A stretch of DNA of 64,000 nt from Mobula hypostoma (taxonomy: Eukaryota), in the NCBI RefSeq assembly GCF_963921235.1, contig NC_086097.1, positions 212,910,001 through 212,974,000 of the forward strand, in the 5' to 3' direction. A program made the position numbers and the translations under genes. How positions within the stretch are numbered: the first letter of the stretch is position 1; every line of letters begins with the position of its first letter. The notes beneath the pieces were generated by a model. The model saw only the letters and a list, made by a program, of their open reading frames with translations. It had not been told where the DNA came from and made no database searches. Shown here in pieces: positions 50,981-63,699 of this stretch.

Positions 50981-51899
50981 GGAGGACTGAAAATAACCAG
51001 CATGTAGAATATACTCTGGATGGAAAACCTTAATGACAATAACCAGTTGTTTGGCAGTATCACCACATACAGTCAGCCAAGTCCTGAAAGATTTAGATCC
51101 CTGACTCTAGTAACAAGTGAACCACAATTAGGAATAACCCTACTTGATTTTGCATTTACCAGTCTAACTGGTTCCTGCATGATGGTTTGAACCCCATATG
51201 TGTGGAACCAATGATATGACTCAATATGTGCACTAAATCTTTTGAAGATTTTATCAGGACTTTTATTCTGACTCACTTGTTTATCATGTGTTGAAGATAT
51301 GCAACCCTTTGTCTCCTGCCCATAAAAGAATATATCTGATTTGCTCTGCATTGTTTATGTCAAACAGGGAATTTTCTGATATTATACTCCCAGTTCAGCT
51401 TGGGCTGAAACTGTTAGTCACCAAGCCAACCTTTGCCCAAACAGTACAAGCTGGTATTAGTATTTTAAGAATCAACACGAGCATTCACATCATTCAGCCT
51501 CTGTTAAATTTTATTCATTAGACAGCTGCCATCATGTTGCACCTTCATGTTCCTCTAACTCTGTTTCTTAAAACATAATTTTGTCATTATGTTGTGTTTA
51601 ATTTAGACTGGGAGCTATGTGCTACCAAAAGATTCAAGGTGAAGTTTCTACTCAGAATGTGATGCCCTTGATGAATGAGACAGTACAATTGGGCTACCTG
51701 TGGCAAAATCAATGTAGAACTCCATCTATTCTTGCAGTGATATGCAGTGATGAAGCAAAGTGTTGGCATAGACACGGAGTGCTCCCATCTTTGTAGCAAA
51801 CACCTGCTTTCCTTCCTCTCTTGTATTCCTTGTTCTTCTGACCTTCTAACTTGACTGACGAACAACCTACTAGCACCTGTATTCACTGAAGTTAAGAAG

Positions 51900-52290
51900 A
51901 AAGAGGAGCATCTCATTGAAACCTGTTGAATATTGAAAGCCCCAGATAGAGTGAACATGAAGAGAGTGTTCCTGAAAGTAGTGAGTCTAGGACCTGAGGG
52001 CACAGCCTCAGAATACAAGGATGTCCCTTTGTAATAGAGATGAGGAGGAATTTCTTTAGCCAGAGGGTGGTGAATCTGTGGAATTAATTGCCACAGATGG
52101 CTGTGGAGGCCAAACCATTGAATATATTGAAAGCAGAAGTTAATAGTTTCTTGATTAGTAAGGGTGTCAAAGGTTACAGGGAGAAAGCTGGAGAATGTGG
52201 TTTGAGAGAGAAAGTAAATCAGCCATGACTGAACGGCAGAACACACTCAATGAGCCAAATAGCTTAATTCTGCTCCTATGTCTTGTGGTC
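51900..52290 (+). mobile_element. CR1 3' fragment
   Basis: MRRNFFSQRVVNLWN motif and tail. Confidence 0.9.
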
Positions 52291-52804
52291 AAAGGTAATA
52301 GGAGGTGCTGACAACAGTGCTAACGAGTACCATTTTGTCTGTAAAACTGCTAAATAAAGTCTAGAACAACTCAGTTTTCAACTGTATCACAATCTTAATG
52401 AAGTATGGACCCAAGAACTCAATTCCTGAGACAAAAGAGACTGTTTGCACATGAAGAGTCTCAAATCTTGACTGTCCATTTCCTCCCCCAGATCCTGCCT
52501 GACATGTTAAGTTCCTCCTATTGTTTGATTTTAGCTCCAGAGGTAAGATGTCAGTGACAGTCACCCAAATTTTTGCTCCACTGCCCTTACAGCCTTTACT
52601 GTTAGGCTCAGATAGAAGCTGATCCTGCACATGAATGCAAGGCTGGGAGCTAAAATCTCAACCAACCCACATATTTGTCTCCGGAGCTCTCCCAGAGATC
52701 TATCTTTTGGCCCCTCCAATTTCTCTTCTGCAGTGCTAACACCAATCCAACAATGGAGAAAATTCTACAGAGGCATCTTGTTCACACAAAGCAGTATGAA
52801 TGAA

Positions 52805-53620
52805 TTTAGAGTTCAAAGTTCAAAGTAAATTTATTACCAAAGTACATATATGTCACTGCGTACTACCTTGAGAATTATTTTCTTTCAGACATTTTCAGGA
52901 AAATAAAGAAATACAATAAAGTTTATGAAAAACTATACATAACAAAGACTGACAAACTTCCAAAATGCAAATGAGGACAAATAAATAAAGAAATGATTAA
53001 GTAATACTGAGAACATGAATTGTTAAGTTATTGAAAGTGATTCAGTAGGTTGTGGCATCAATTCAGCATTGAGGTGAGTGAAGTTATCCACACTGATTCT
53101 GTCACGATGAACTCAGGCTAGTGAACCCAGACACAGAGTAACCGGAGACTCAAGTATAAAACACCGAAGAGAGTTTATTCACAGAATAATCAATGAAGAT
53201 ACACTGATCTCTCGGAACAAATGTCAGTCTGGAAAGGTCAGTTCAAGACGGGGAGATGAGTGTTCAGCCTGTGTAGCTTAAATAGTACAATGTCACGTAA
53301 GAAACCCACAGTTACCAAACAACAGCACAGAAAGAAAATCTTCAGGGAGCAACTAACAGGTAAAGCAAGCCACAATTAGATAAATTAACGATACTCATCT
53401 GAAGTGAAGCACCAAGGTCTGGGGTCCTCGGTGGTCTCCCACTGATCCAAAGGGTTCATAGCAGATTTATGGCAGACTCAACAACCTTTGGAATCACTTT
53501 CAATAAATAAATTTACAACTCATATTCTCAGTATTACTTATTTACTATTTTATTTATTATTGGTACAGATTGTCTTTATGGTTAGGGTAATAACTGTTCC
53601 TGAATCTGGTGGTGAATTCA
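52805..53620 (-). mobile_element. Rex1-type 3' UTR fragment interrupted by a solo LTR
   Basis: (GTTCAAA)n-AAATTTATT tail; reverse-complement similarity to 49400-49700. Confidence 0.65.
53100..53463 (-). mobile_element. Solo LTR (364 bp)
   Basis: TGTCACGA...TCATAGCA termini; 5-bp TSD GATTC/GATTT (1 mismatch); TATTTAAG and AATAAA on the minus strand. Confidence 0.75.
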
Positions 53621-55039
53621 GGCTAATAATTGTCCACTTAGTCTTCTTTTTGCCTTCTACAAGGTCTTGAAATGTGTTGCTATCAGTGTTATCAGTTACT
53701 TGCCAATGACCTGCTCAATGCCCAGTAAGGTTTTGCCAGGACCACTGGGCTCCCAGTCTCATCACCATCCTTGTCCAAATATTGAGCAAAGAGCTGACTT
53801 TCACAGATAAAGTAAGAATGACTGCCCTGGATTGCATTTGGCTAACTGAGGTCAATGAGCATCAAGGGGAATGCCTTCCTATAGCTGGAGTTTATTCTCA
53901 CTAAAAGGAAGAAAGTTGTGCTTTTGGAGGATAAACATCCCAGCCCAAGGCGTTCCTAGGTTCAGTGTTTACAATCCAATCATCTTTAGGTACTTCATCT
54001 TTCCTATTTTTTTTTCCATTCTAAGGTCGGAAGTGGGAATGTTGTCTTATCTTTGCAAAATGATCAATCTCATTTGCAGCACCTCAGTAAATGAAATGGC
54101 ACTGTTGTAAGACATGAACAATCTCGGATGACAGTCCGTGCAGTAAGGTGAGACTGCAGCACCACTGGAAGTTTCATCTTGCCTCTCAGCTGGAGGTAGA
54201 AAGCACCATGATACTATTAGGAGAAAAACAGGAGAGCTCTCCTCACTATGCAGATATTGTGCACATTGATGCTGTACATTCCTTAACCATCACCACTGAA
54301 AGAGGTGTTTCTGACACGTTGCTGTCTGTATATTGGTTGCTCATATTCCCTGCATGAAAATAGTGAGTATCTTTCATATGAGTAGTTTTCTCACTACTGT
54401 AGAAAGCTACATCAATGCAAATGATTTATTTTGCTGAGTTCTCCACAATCTGTAGAGAACAGATGGATTAGTGACAATTGCCAATCATAATATTATTTCT
54501 TCTCTTGGCAGACCATAGCACTCTTATCTCATGTATTAATAAAAAATATTTCATGTTTTAATAAGGCTTGCTAACTCCCTTTGCCTGTTTCGTTCCCTGA
54601 ATTGTTTTAAACAGTTTCACTTATGAATTACAGCAGTGTGTGAGTGATCTGTGAGCCTTTTTTATGCTTAAAACCCAAGGTCACAATTATACACTACATA
54701 CTGACAGCTGTGGAAGTTTGCATTACAGTATATGTTCCGTATAGTCTCTTAAGATCCAATAATACCATTTGAGGAAGGGTTTGTTACAAAACAAACAATA
54801 CTTTAATAAACATGAAAATAATTTTGACATATTACAAGCAACTGTTTACATTTCATTTATGTACACTGGACTAAAATTCTGATCAGCACGTGGTGGTGTT
54901 GGACCAGCAGGTTTTCTGAGCTATTGGATAGTAATTCTATTAAAGCACTAAATCACTTTTAATCCACTGTTCCCTCTCTCAAAGGGTACCCCAACGGGTC
55001 ACCCAGTTGTCTAGTAGCATCTCATTTTTAATGGCACAC

Positions 55040-55135
55040 TTCCTATTGAAAGGTCTCAACTTGAAACATTGACTGTTTATATCTCTCCATAGATGCGGCC
55101 TGACCTGCTGAGTTCCTCTAGCGTTTTGAGTTTGT
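55040..55135 (+). mobile_element. Penelope-derived short element, degenerate hammerhead
   Basis: CCTATTGAAAGGTCTCAACTTGAAACATTGACTG..AGATGCGGCCTGACCTGCTGAGTTCCTC. Confidence 0.7.
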
Positions 55136-55199
55136 AATACACTTTCAATTCACTGTGTTTGTAGATGTCATCTAGTAGTGTAGACAACTTGCCGGTGAA

Positions 55200-58100
55200 T
55201 GAGGTGAGTTTAAAGGCAGAGTGAAAGTAAAAAGAAGAGAGGTGTAAGCGGATCAGACATGCGGTGTGAATGGGCTAGTGTTAGAGTGGTCAGGTTTTGG
55301 GTCAACAGGCTTCGGTGAGAAAAGGTGGAAGTTAAGGGTGCTGAGTAGTTTGGAATCCTTTAGTTCATTGTAGAACTTAAGCGTAAGAGGTTAGAGACAA
55401 AGCTATATAGGTGTAGGCGGGATGGTAGGTAAGGCAGCGAAATGCTCCTTCTGAAAGATGGGGCATTGCAGGGTACCTAGCAGTCTCCCTGATGAAAACA
55501 TCTGCAGGCAGTGCACCCAACTTCAGCTCCTGACTGGCAAGGTCAAAGAAGTGTAGCTATACTCAGGACCATCGGGAGGCTGGAAATCTCATTGATGAGG
55601 CTTCTACTGAGGTGGTCGCACCCAGTGTGCAGGATTCAGGTAGGAGATGGGTGACCACCAGGAGCAGTAAAGGGGGTAAGCGGTTACCACAGCATTCCCC
55701 TGTGGCCATTCCCCTCGGCAATGAGTATACCCTTTGGATACTGCAGGGGGAGATTGCCTGTCAGGGCACAGAATCAGCAGCCAGGTCAGTGGCACCATGG
55801 CTTTCTCTGAGGCTCAGCAGGGAAGGGTAAACTCAAATAGTGTGATAGTGATAGGAGACTCAAAATTTAGAGAAATAGACAGGAGATTCTGTGGCCATGA
55901 AAAAGACACCAGGTTGATGCGTTGCTTTTCTGGTGTTAGGGTCAAAGATATTTCCGAGCAGCTGTAGAAGATTCTCAGGGGAAAGGGTGTGCAACCAGAG
56001 GTCATGGTGCTCATTGGCACCAATGACATGGGTAGAAAGGGGGAAGAGGTCCTGTGCAGTGAGTGCAGGGAGCTAGGGATGAGACTAAAGAGCAGGACCT
56101 CCAAGTGAGTAATCTCTGGATTTGCCCCAGTGCCACATGTTAGTCAGGACAGCAATACAATGATAGTACAGATGAATGAGTGGCTGAGGAATGAGTATAG
56201 GGGGCAACATTTCAGACTTCTGAATCATTGGGATCTCTTCAGGGGAAGGAATGACCTGTACAAAGAGGATGGGTTACACCTGAACCGAAGGGGGACAAAT
56301 ATCCTTGTCGGCAGGTCTGTTAGAGCTGTTTGGGAGGGTTTCAACTAATTTGGCAAGGGGTGGGCACCAGAGTGATGGGGCTGAGAATGGGCAATTGGTA
56401 TACAAATTACTGTATTGTGTAGTGAGACTGGGAGGAAGGGCAGGCAGATGATAGGGTAAAATTGATAGCCAATGATAGCCAATGGAATGGGTTAAAGTGT
56501 AACATGGGGGCAAAATCAAAAAGTGTGATGAATACAGGTTTAACTGTAATGGAACCTTTTGTTTTTTTTTTCATTTCTCTTGCCTACTGTGTAGTAAGGC
56601 TGAAATTTGTAAACATACTTTCTTTATAAATTTATGCGATGCACGATCTGTTATTTCTTGCTGACCAACAACTGTGTATGTCAGTATTTACTCAGCATTC
56701 ACTCAAATCGAGGTTTCTTTAATCGCAACATCACGACGTTCCTGTTTGGTTGAACCCCAAATCATATCGACCTTCAAAGTATATTCTTTGTGAAAGGCAG
56801 ACTCTCACCGATGAGTTATGTAGCTGTTAGCAAGTCCACTAATGAGCCAAGAAGGCATACAAGCCAGTGAGAGGGTTACAGGAGTTATACACAGTAGCCT
56901 GGATGTGGGATATAAATTACAGCGGCAGATAGAAAAAACATGTAAAAAGGACAATGTTACAATAGTCATGGGGGATTTCAATATGTAAGTAGATTGGGTA
57001 AATCAGCTTTGAGCTGGCTCCCAAGAGATAGAATCTGTTGAATGCCAATAAGATGACTTGTTAGCTTATGATGGAGGTCCCTAGGAGAAAGGTAATTCAG
57101 GATTGGGTGTTGTGTAATGAACCAGCATAAATTGGGGAGCTTAAGGTAAAGGAGGCTTTAGGAGGTAATGATCATAATATGATAGAATTCCCTCTGCAGT
57201 TTGAGAGGGAGAAGATAAAGTCAGATGTATTGGTGTTATAGTGGAGTAAAGAGAATTACAGAGGCATGAAAAAAGAATTGGCCAAAGTTGATTGGAAGAG
57301 GAACTAGCAAGGTTGATAGCAAAACATCAATGGCAGGAGTTTCGGGTGGCAATTTGGAAGGAGCAGTGAAGATACATCCCAGAGATGAAGTATTCTAAAG
57401 GTAAGATGAGGCAACTGTGGCTGGCAAGGGAAATCAAGGGAACCAGAAGGTTCTTCAAATATATAGAGTAAAAGAGGGGTGAGAGTAGATATCGAATCAT
57501 TGGAAAATGAATGATGCTGAAGAGGTAGTTATGGTTGACAAAGAAATAGCAGATTAACTAAATAAGTATATTGTGTCAGTCTTCACTGTGGAATACACTA
57601 GCAGTATGCCAGATGTTCGAGATTGTCAGGGAGCAGAAGTGAGTGTAATTGCTATTACTAAGGAGAAGGTGCTTGGGAAGCTGAAAGGTCTGAAGATAGA
57701 TAAATCACCAGGATTGGATGGACTACATCCCAGCATTTGGAAATAGATAGCTGAAGAGATTGTGGAGGCATTCGTAATGATCATTCAAGAATCACTAGAT
57801 TCTGGAATGGCTCCGTAGGACCAGAACTTTGCAAATGTCATTCCACTCTTTAAAAAGGGAGGGAAGCAGAAGAAAAGAAGTTATAGGTCAGATTGTCTAA
57901 CTTCAGTTGTTGGAAAGATGTTGTAATCCATTATTCAGGATGAAGTTTCGGGGTACTTGGAGGTGCATGATAAAATAGGCCAAAGTCAGCATGGTTTCTT
58001 TAAGGGAAAACCTTGCCTGCCAAATCTGTTGGAATTCTTTGAGGAAATAATAGGTAGGGTAGACAAACGAGAGTCAGTGGATTTTGTTTATTTGATTTTC

Positions 58101-59245
58101 AAAAGGCCTTTGAAAAGATGCCACACATAAGGCTGCTCAGCAAGATAGGTGCACATGCTATTATAGGAAAGATAGGAGCAAGGATAGAACATCGGCTGAC
58201 CAGCAGGAGGCAAAGAATAGGAATAAGAGGAGCCTTTCTCAGTTGGATTCTGGTGACGAGATGTTCTTCAGGGGTTGGTATAGGAATCACTTCTTTTTAC
58301 ATTATACAGTACGTCAATGATTTGGTGCCAGAATTGATGGCTTTGTGGCCAGGTTTGTGGACAATGCAAACAATACGGACAATAGGTGGAGGGGCAGGTA
58401 GTGTTGAAGAAGCAGGGAGTCTGAAAAAGGATTTAGATGGATTTGGAGAATGGGAGAAGATGCAGCAGATGGAATATAGTGTGGGGAAGTGCATGGTCAT
58501 ATACTTTTGTAGAACAAATCAAGACATAAACTATTTTCTAACCAGGGAGAAAATTCAAAAATCTGAGGTGCAAATGGACTTGGAAGTATTTGCACAGGAT
58601 TCCCTAAAAGTTAAGTTGCAGGTTGAGTCACTGGTAAGGAAGGCAAATACAATGTTAGCATTTATTTTGAGAGGAGTAGAATATAAGAGCAAGGATGTAA
58701 TGCTGAGTGTTTATATGGCATTGGTCAGACAATACAGAGTATTTTGAGTAGCTTTGGGCCTCTTTTATAAGGCGCTGGCATTCAAGAGGGTCCTGAGGAG
58801 TTTCATGAGGATGATTCTGGGAATGACAGGGTTAATGTATGTGGAGCGTTGGATTGCTCTGAGCCTGTACTTGCTGGGGTTTAGAAGATTGAGGGCGGAT
58901 CTCATTGAAATCTAGAGAATATTGAAAGGCCTAGATCGAGCAGATGTGGAAAGGATATTCCCAAAGTGGGTGAGTCTAGAACCAAAGTTACATCCTCAAA
59001 GCAGAGGGACTTCCATTTAGAATGGAGATGAGGAGGAGCCAGAGTGTGGTGAGTCTGTGGAATTCGTTGCCACATATGGCTATGGAGGCTAAGTCATTGG
59101 GTAAACTTAAAGCAGAGGTTGATAGGTTCTTGAGTAGTCAAGGTGTCAAAGTTTACAGAGAGAAGACAAGAGAACGGGATTGAGAGGAATAATAAATCAG
59201 TCATGATGGAATAGCAGAGTAGGCTCAATGGGTCTAATGGCCCAG
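55200..59245 (+). mobile_element. Old near full-length CR1 (esterase ORF1 about 55420-56350, degraded ORF2)
   Basis: VIGDSKFR, IGTND, DGLHLN.RG in ORF1; MGDFN, QHGFLKGK, KAF.KMPH in ORF2; many stops. Confidence 0.92.
56545..56880 (+). mobile_element. LTR-like insert replacing part of the CR1 endonuclease
   Basis: TGTAA...GGGTTACA termini; non-CR1 sequence; no TSD; adjacent CR1 sequence missing. Confidence 0.5.
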
Positions 59246-59594
59246 GCAAGCTAAGGAGGAGTCTGGAAATGGAATCCTGGTGAGAAGATGCCAAACTGTC
59301 AGGTTTTCTGAACAATGGGAGAGAAGATTATCAACTTTACTGCACTGGGTTCATTAATAAATAAGACATATTTTGGAATGTGCTAATCAATCAGTACCCA
59401 TATGCCAAAGAAAATCAGCTTATGTTAAACTCCTCCTCAGATGAAAGTAACAAGGTCAAATTGCTTGAAATTCACCATTCTCATTCAAAGCTGTCCAGGG
59501 GTTACAAATGCCTAACTTATGGACATTCCTTTATATAAACAAACTCCTACAATATTATTATTATATTCAGAAGTTCAATACACATTTGTTCTAT

Positions 59595-60200
59595 TCAAGT
59601 GCAAGTTCATGTTTAATTGTCCTTCAGCCATACATGAATACCCATGAATACAGCGAAACAAAACAGCGATATTCTGGGCCTGGGCACAAAACACAGTACC
59701 AACAGTCATACACAGCAAAAGGCACATGTAACACATATAAGAGAGCAGTAAACGTACAGTCACATAAACAATATAATATAGCCAAGTCCCTGAGTTCATG
59801 AGTATCATCAGCAAGAGCAAGCCAGCAACAGTCTGCAGACGAATGCAATCTAGCTTGTCTTCCGCCCTTGGCATCGACTCCAAAGCATCTCTCCTTGGTG
59901 GCTGCAAACAGACGACACCACAACATCAGGCCTAGGCCATGCTAACAGGAGGCTATGTATCTCCCCCACCATCAGCCCCGCCAATAAACCAGAGAACCAG
60001 ACTTGCAACATTGTACATTACCAATGTCCAACAGGATTTTGCGATCACAAAAAAACCTGACTAAGACAATCACTAGTTGGTAGACCTGTTAACCGTCTTT
60101 GCACACCAACTCCGACAGCAGCACGGTCCACGCCAAGTCAATCTCCTTGTCAATGAGCAACTTGCTTATGGAGTAGGCCTGCAGTACTTGAAGTTATGAG
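59595..60200 (-). mobile_element. Non-autonomous Rex1-tail element
   Basis: (TTCAAG)n-TTTAATTGTC tail; shorter copy at 42185-42265. Confidence 0.6.
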
Positions 60201-60319
60201 CAACAAAACTAGTTTCCTCAATCTCTCCACTTTCAGTAATTAATCTTTCTTGTCAGCTTTTCTGTGCTTTTGATGAACATTAAAATACGACAATATTATG
60301 GAAGTATGGTTACCATAAT

Positions 60320-60539
60320 GGGATAGCCAGTGGTGTAGTGGCATCAGCAATGGACTTCAAGGTGAATGGTCCTGAGCCTGAATCTGGCTGAGTCCCAATC
60401 TGGGCAGCAGCAGTATCTTCGCAGAAGAAAGGGCTGGCAGTCTACTTCCATATCTGGCCACAAAAACCCTATGGACAACTACACTACCATAGGATCGCCA
60501 TGAGTCGATGACAACATGACAGCACTCAGTAACAACAAT
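60320..60539 (+). mobile_element. tRNA-derived SINE with an RTE-type 3' tail
   Basis: A-box-like TGGTGTAGTGG head; ATCGCCATGAGTCG...GCACTCAGTAACAAC tail typical of RTE-mobilised SINEs. Confidence 0.75.
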
Positions 60540-60737
60540 GGTTACCATTTTGTGTAATTTTTGTGTATTTTCCGACTTATGGATAAAATCATCTTAGGGA
60601 TTTCAGTAAAAATGGAACCAGCTTTTATCCAGGGTCAACCAGAGTCAAAGAAAGAAAATTAAATTACCAAAAAGAACTGCAGATATAGATAGAATTGCTG
60701 TTATTGAGTGCTGTCATGTTGTCATCAACTCATGGCG

Positions 60738-61403
60738 GGAGGAGAAGATGGCGGCGTGACGCAGCTCGCAGCAGCCACTCCGGTGGTGATGTCTGTTATC
60801 TGTCAAGTAGGGTGCCGTGCACAATCCTGATTTGATGGAGACAGATGTGAGAGCACGGAGGAACATCTGGAGAAACTTCTGAAATGCCTGCTTCGCTGCT
60901 GCTGCTACTGTGTGATCCAGAATTTCCGGAGCGGAAGGCCCCGAGTCCTTGGCTTTGCTTGTTGCTCGGCAGCCGGGGCGGGATCGAAGCACTCGGCAGA
61001 GGATGGTGCTCGGAGAGGCTGGTTGGATGCTCGAAGTTTTCGGACGAATTCAGAGTCCGCTGCGGTCGGGTGCTTCCAATGGTGCTGCATCGGCAAGTTT
61101 GCGGTGCTTGGAGGTTCATGGCAGGGAGAGTTTCTCCCTTCTACCATCTGCGTGAGATGATGAGGCTATCGGGACTTTGAGACTATTTTTTACTGTGCCC
61201 ATGGTCTGCTCTTTATCAAATTATGGTATTGCTTTGCACTGTTATAACTGTATGTTATAATTATGTGGTTTTGTAAGTTTTAGTCTTGGTTTATCCTGCA
61301 TTTTCTTGTGATATCATTCTGGAGGAACGTTGTATTATTTTTTAATGCATGCATTTCTAAATGACAATAAACGAGGACTGAGTGTCCTCATAAGCTAATC
61401 TAA
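60738..61403 (+). mobile_element. Apparently full-length ORF-less non-autonomous LINE derivative
   Basis: 5' AAGATGGCGGCG (YY1-type) at 60745-56; CpG-rich 5' half; AATAAA, GAGGAC/GTCCTC stem-loop and AATCT-like tail. Confidence 0.8.
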
Positions 61404-61984
61404 AAAATTTAACCTCTCATCTTTTTGCACAAATTTGGCTAATTTCATCTAGTTACACCAACAAAGTGAACAAATTTACAAGGAGTTCCATCTTAAATTT
61501 ATTTTAATTGTAAGATATATGATCTATAAACAGACAGCTAGAACAAGGGATAATTCTTTAGAATTTCAGCTTCTGTACATGGAGTGGCTCTGGCAGCATG
61601 TGTAGGAAATCGGGTCATGCTACCAGATTGTTTTCAGGAACGGTTTTACAAAATTCCTGATGTATGCTGTCAGCGGTTGAAGCTGATGGGCAGCAATACT
61701 AGATCAATCCAGATGCATAAACTGTTTTATTGCAAATGTCCTTTGACATAGTGATTTAATTTCATTAAAGCCAAAATTGGAAGCTCATGTTATAATTTTA
61801 TAATATTATAATTTGTTATTCCACTAAGAAAAAGCAGCAGGGAAAACATTCTTGACAATATTCTTTTTAGCATTATTAACTCACTTTATAGCAATGATGT
61901 CTGCTCTCCACACATTACATATTGGTATAATCTGACCAACTAAATCAAAATGCTCAAGTGAATACATAGTATTCATACACAGCC

Positions 61985-62130
61985 AGGGCTGATATCCACT
62001 TTGCATCTACCCTGTTAATCTCCTTAAGAACTTTGTACGCTTCAATAAGATCACCTTTCATTCTTCTAAACTAAAGAGAGTACAAGCCTATTTTGCTAAA
62101 TCTCTCCATATATGACAAACCTCCCGCATG
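61985..62130 (-). mobile_element. CR1 fragment
   Basis: GLYSL*FRRMKGDLIEAYKVL on the minus strand. Confidence 0.8.
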
Positions 62131-63699
62131 CCAAATTCATGACAATGAGATTTTCATATGACAAATTTAAGGTCTTCATTGCATTGTTCACTTGCATTTA
62201 GTGAATTGCTCCAATAAATCCCATTACTTTCACCATGAATAAAACAGGAACAGTTCAAAGTTCCAAGTACATTTATTATCAATTGTTTGCTCTCTGTTTT
62301 TAGTGTTTTTCAAAGAAAAGCTGTGAACAGTATGGCATATTCAAGGAAACATGAATAATGCTGTGTAATCTTCTCTCAGGCATGTAACTCTTTGAATGCA
62401 ATCTATCTACTTCCTGGGGCAGAGCCTCCATGTCATATTTGTGTTGAATATTCCTTATAACAATCATGACAAAATGAGATTAAAGATAGCGAAGTTTGGT
62501 AGGTTATTGTTTTATTAATGGTATATTGTCAATAAACAGAGAAATTCCAACCCCACCAGCAGCTAGTCAAATCCCAAAAGGATCAGGTCTTTTCAAAAGT
62601 GTCTTCTTCAAGGAATTGTATAGCCAAATCAAAAAAACAGAGGGTAGCAAGGTAAACAAGCACTGAGCTTTGGCATTGCGTAAAGACTCAGACAAAGAAA
62701 GGAGTGTTGTGTGAGATGTAGTTACTATTACACAAGGGATAACAAGAATTAAAACTCTGGCAGGGGGCCATACCAGGTTCTTCAGGTCACTAATTAAACT
62801 TCACAAGACCCGGCCTGACAAAAAGTACAAGTAGGCCTTTTCTTCCATGTGTCCTGCAATTATTTGAAATGAATAGGTGACTTCATCTTCTCCTAGCAGT
62901 GATTGTAATTTTAGGACAATTGCCAAAGAAACATATTTCTAACTATTCAAAGACGTCATTCAAGCTGTGTTTATTTTTAAATTACCAGAGCTAACATTCA
63001 CCTGGAACACAGTCACTCTTTCTTTGGGGTCAACAGTATGTATCAATTGGTTTGGAGATTTGTACTGCGATTAATTGGAAATTGCAGCCATCCATCATCT
63101 TTATCGTGTTTTGCACCAAGCAATGTTCGTATCCATGAAACAATTTTTACACAATCACGATTGCCTGTGCTGATTTTCTGAAAAATTTACAGGCTGTTAA
63201 CATTTCTAATAACTTGTCACTGGTGTTAACTATAACCGAAGTACTGTTAACTATAACCACTGTCGTTGAATAGAGGTGGTAAATGGTGATAAACCTGTCT
63301 CTCAAATTGCTTTAGTTGCCTGGTTCCATTAAATCAATGGCCACTTTACATCTGCAAAAATATTGTGAAAAAGCTAATTTTGTTTGTGCTGAGCTAAAGC
63401 AGCATGGCTTCTTGGCTGTCAGTCCCTGGACTGAGTTATGTTGTTAAAATGCCCCACAGGGAGACGGATTGAAATCTTCTGTACATGAAGACATTAAAAG
63501 TTAAATTTATTTTACAAGTTCCTGCACAGCAGTAATAAAATTTGTCTCACATAAGGATTTGCCAATTTTGAAGAAAATGTTAAAATCAGAGATAGATGAG
63601 ATAATAGCAAAGTATTTATTTAGTAAAAACTAGAATAAATTTAACAGATTTATTAATGCCTATGTCTTTAGCATGAGTTCATTATTTCAAAATTTTAGA

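Larger units (their letters stand above)
59488..60640. mobile_element. Tigger/pogo-like non-autonomous DNA transposon with nested retro-insertions
   Basis: Degenerate TIR-like ends GTCCAGGGGTTACAAATGCCTAACTTATGGAC and CCGACTTATGGA..TTATCCAGGGTCAACC. Confidence 0.45.

Noticed and set aside
60320..60395. tRNA gene
   Set aside because: Degenerate SINE head with no cloverleaf or intact B box
63224..63258. TAACTATAAC resembling an I-CeuI site, or a CRISPR-like repeat
   Set aside because: Only 10 nt match; two copies with a 7-nt spacer in a eukaryotic context
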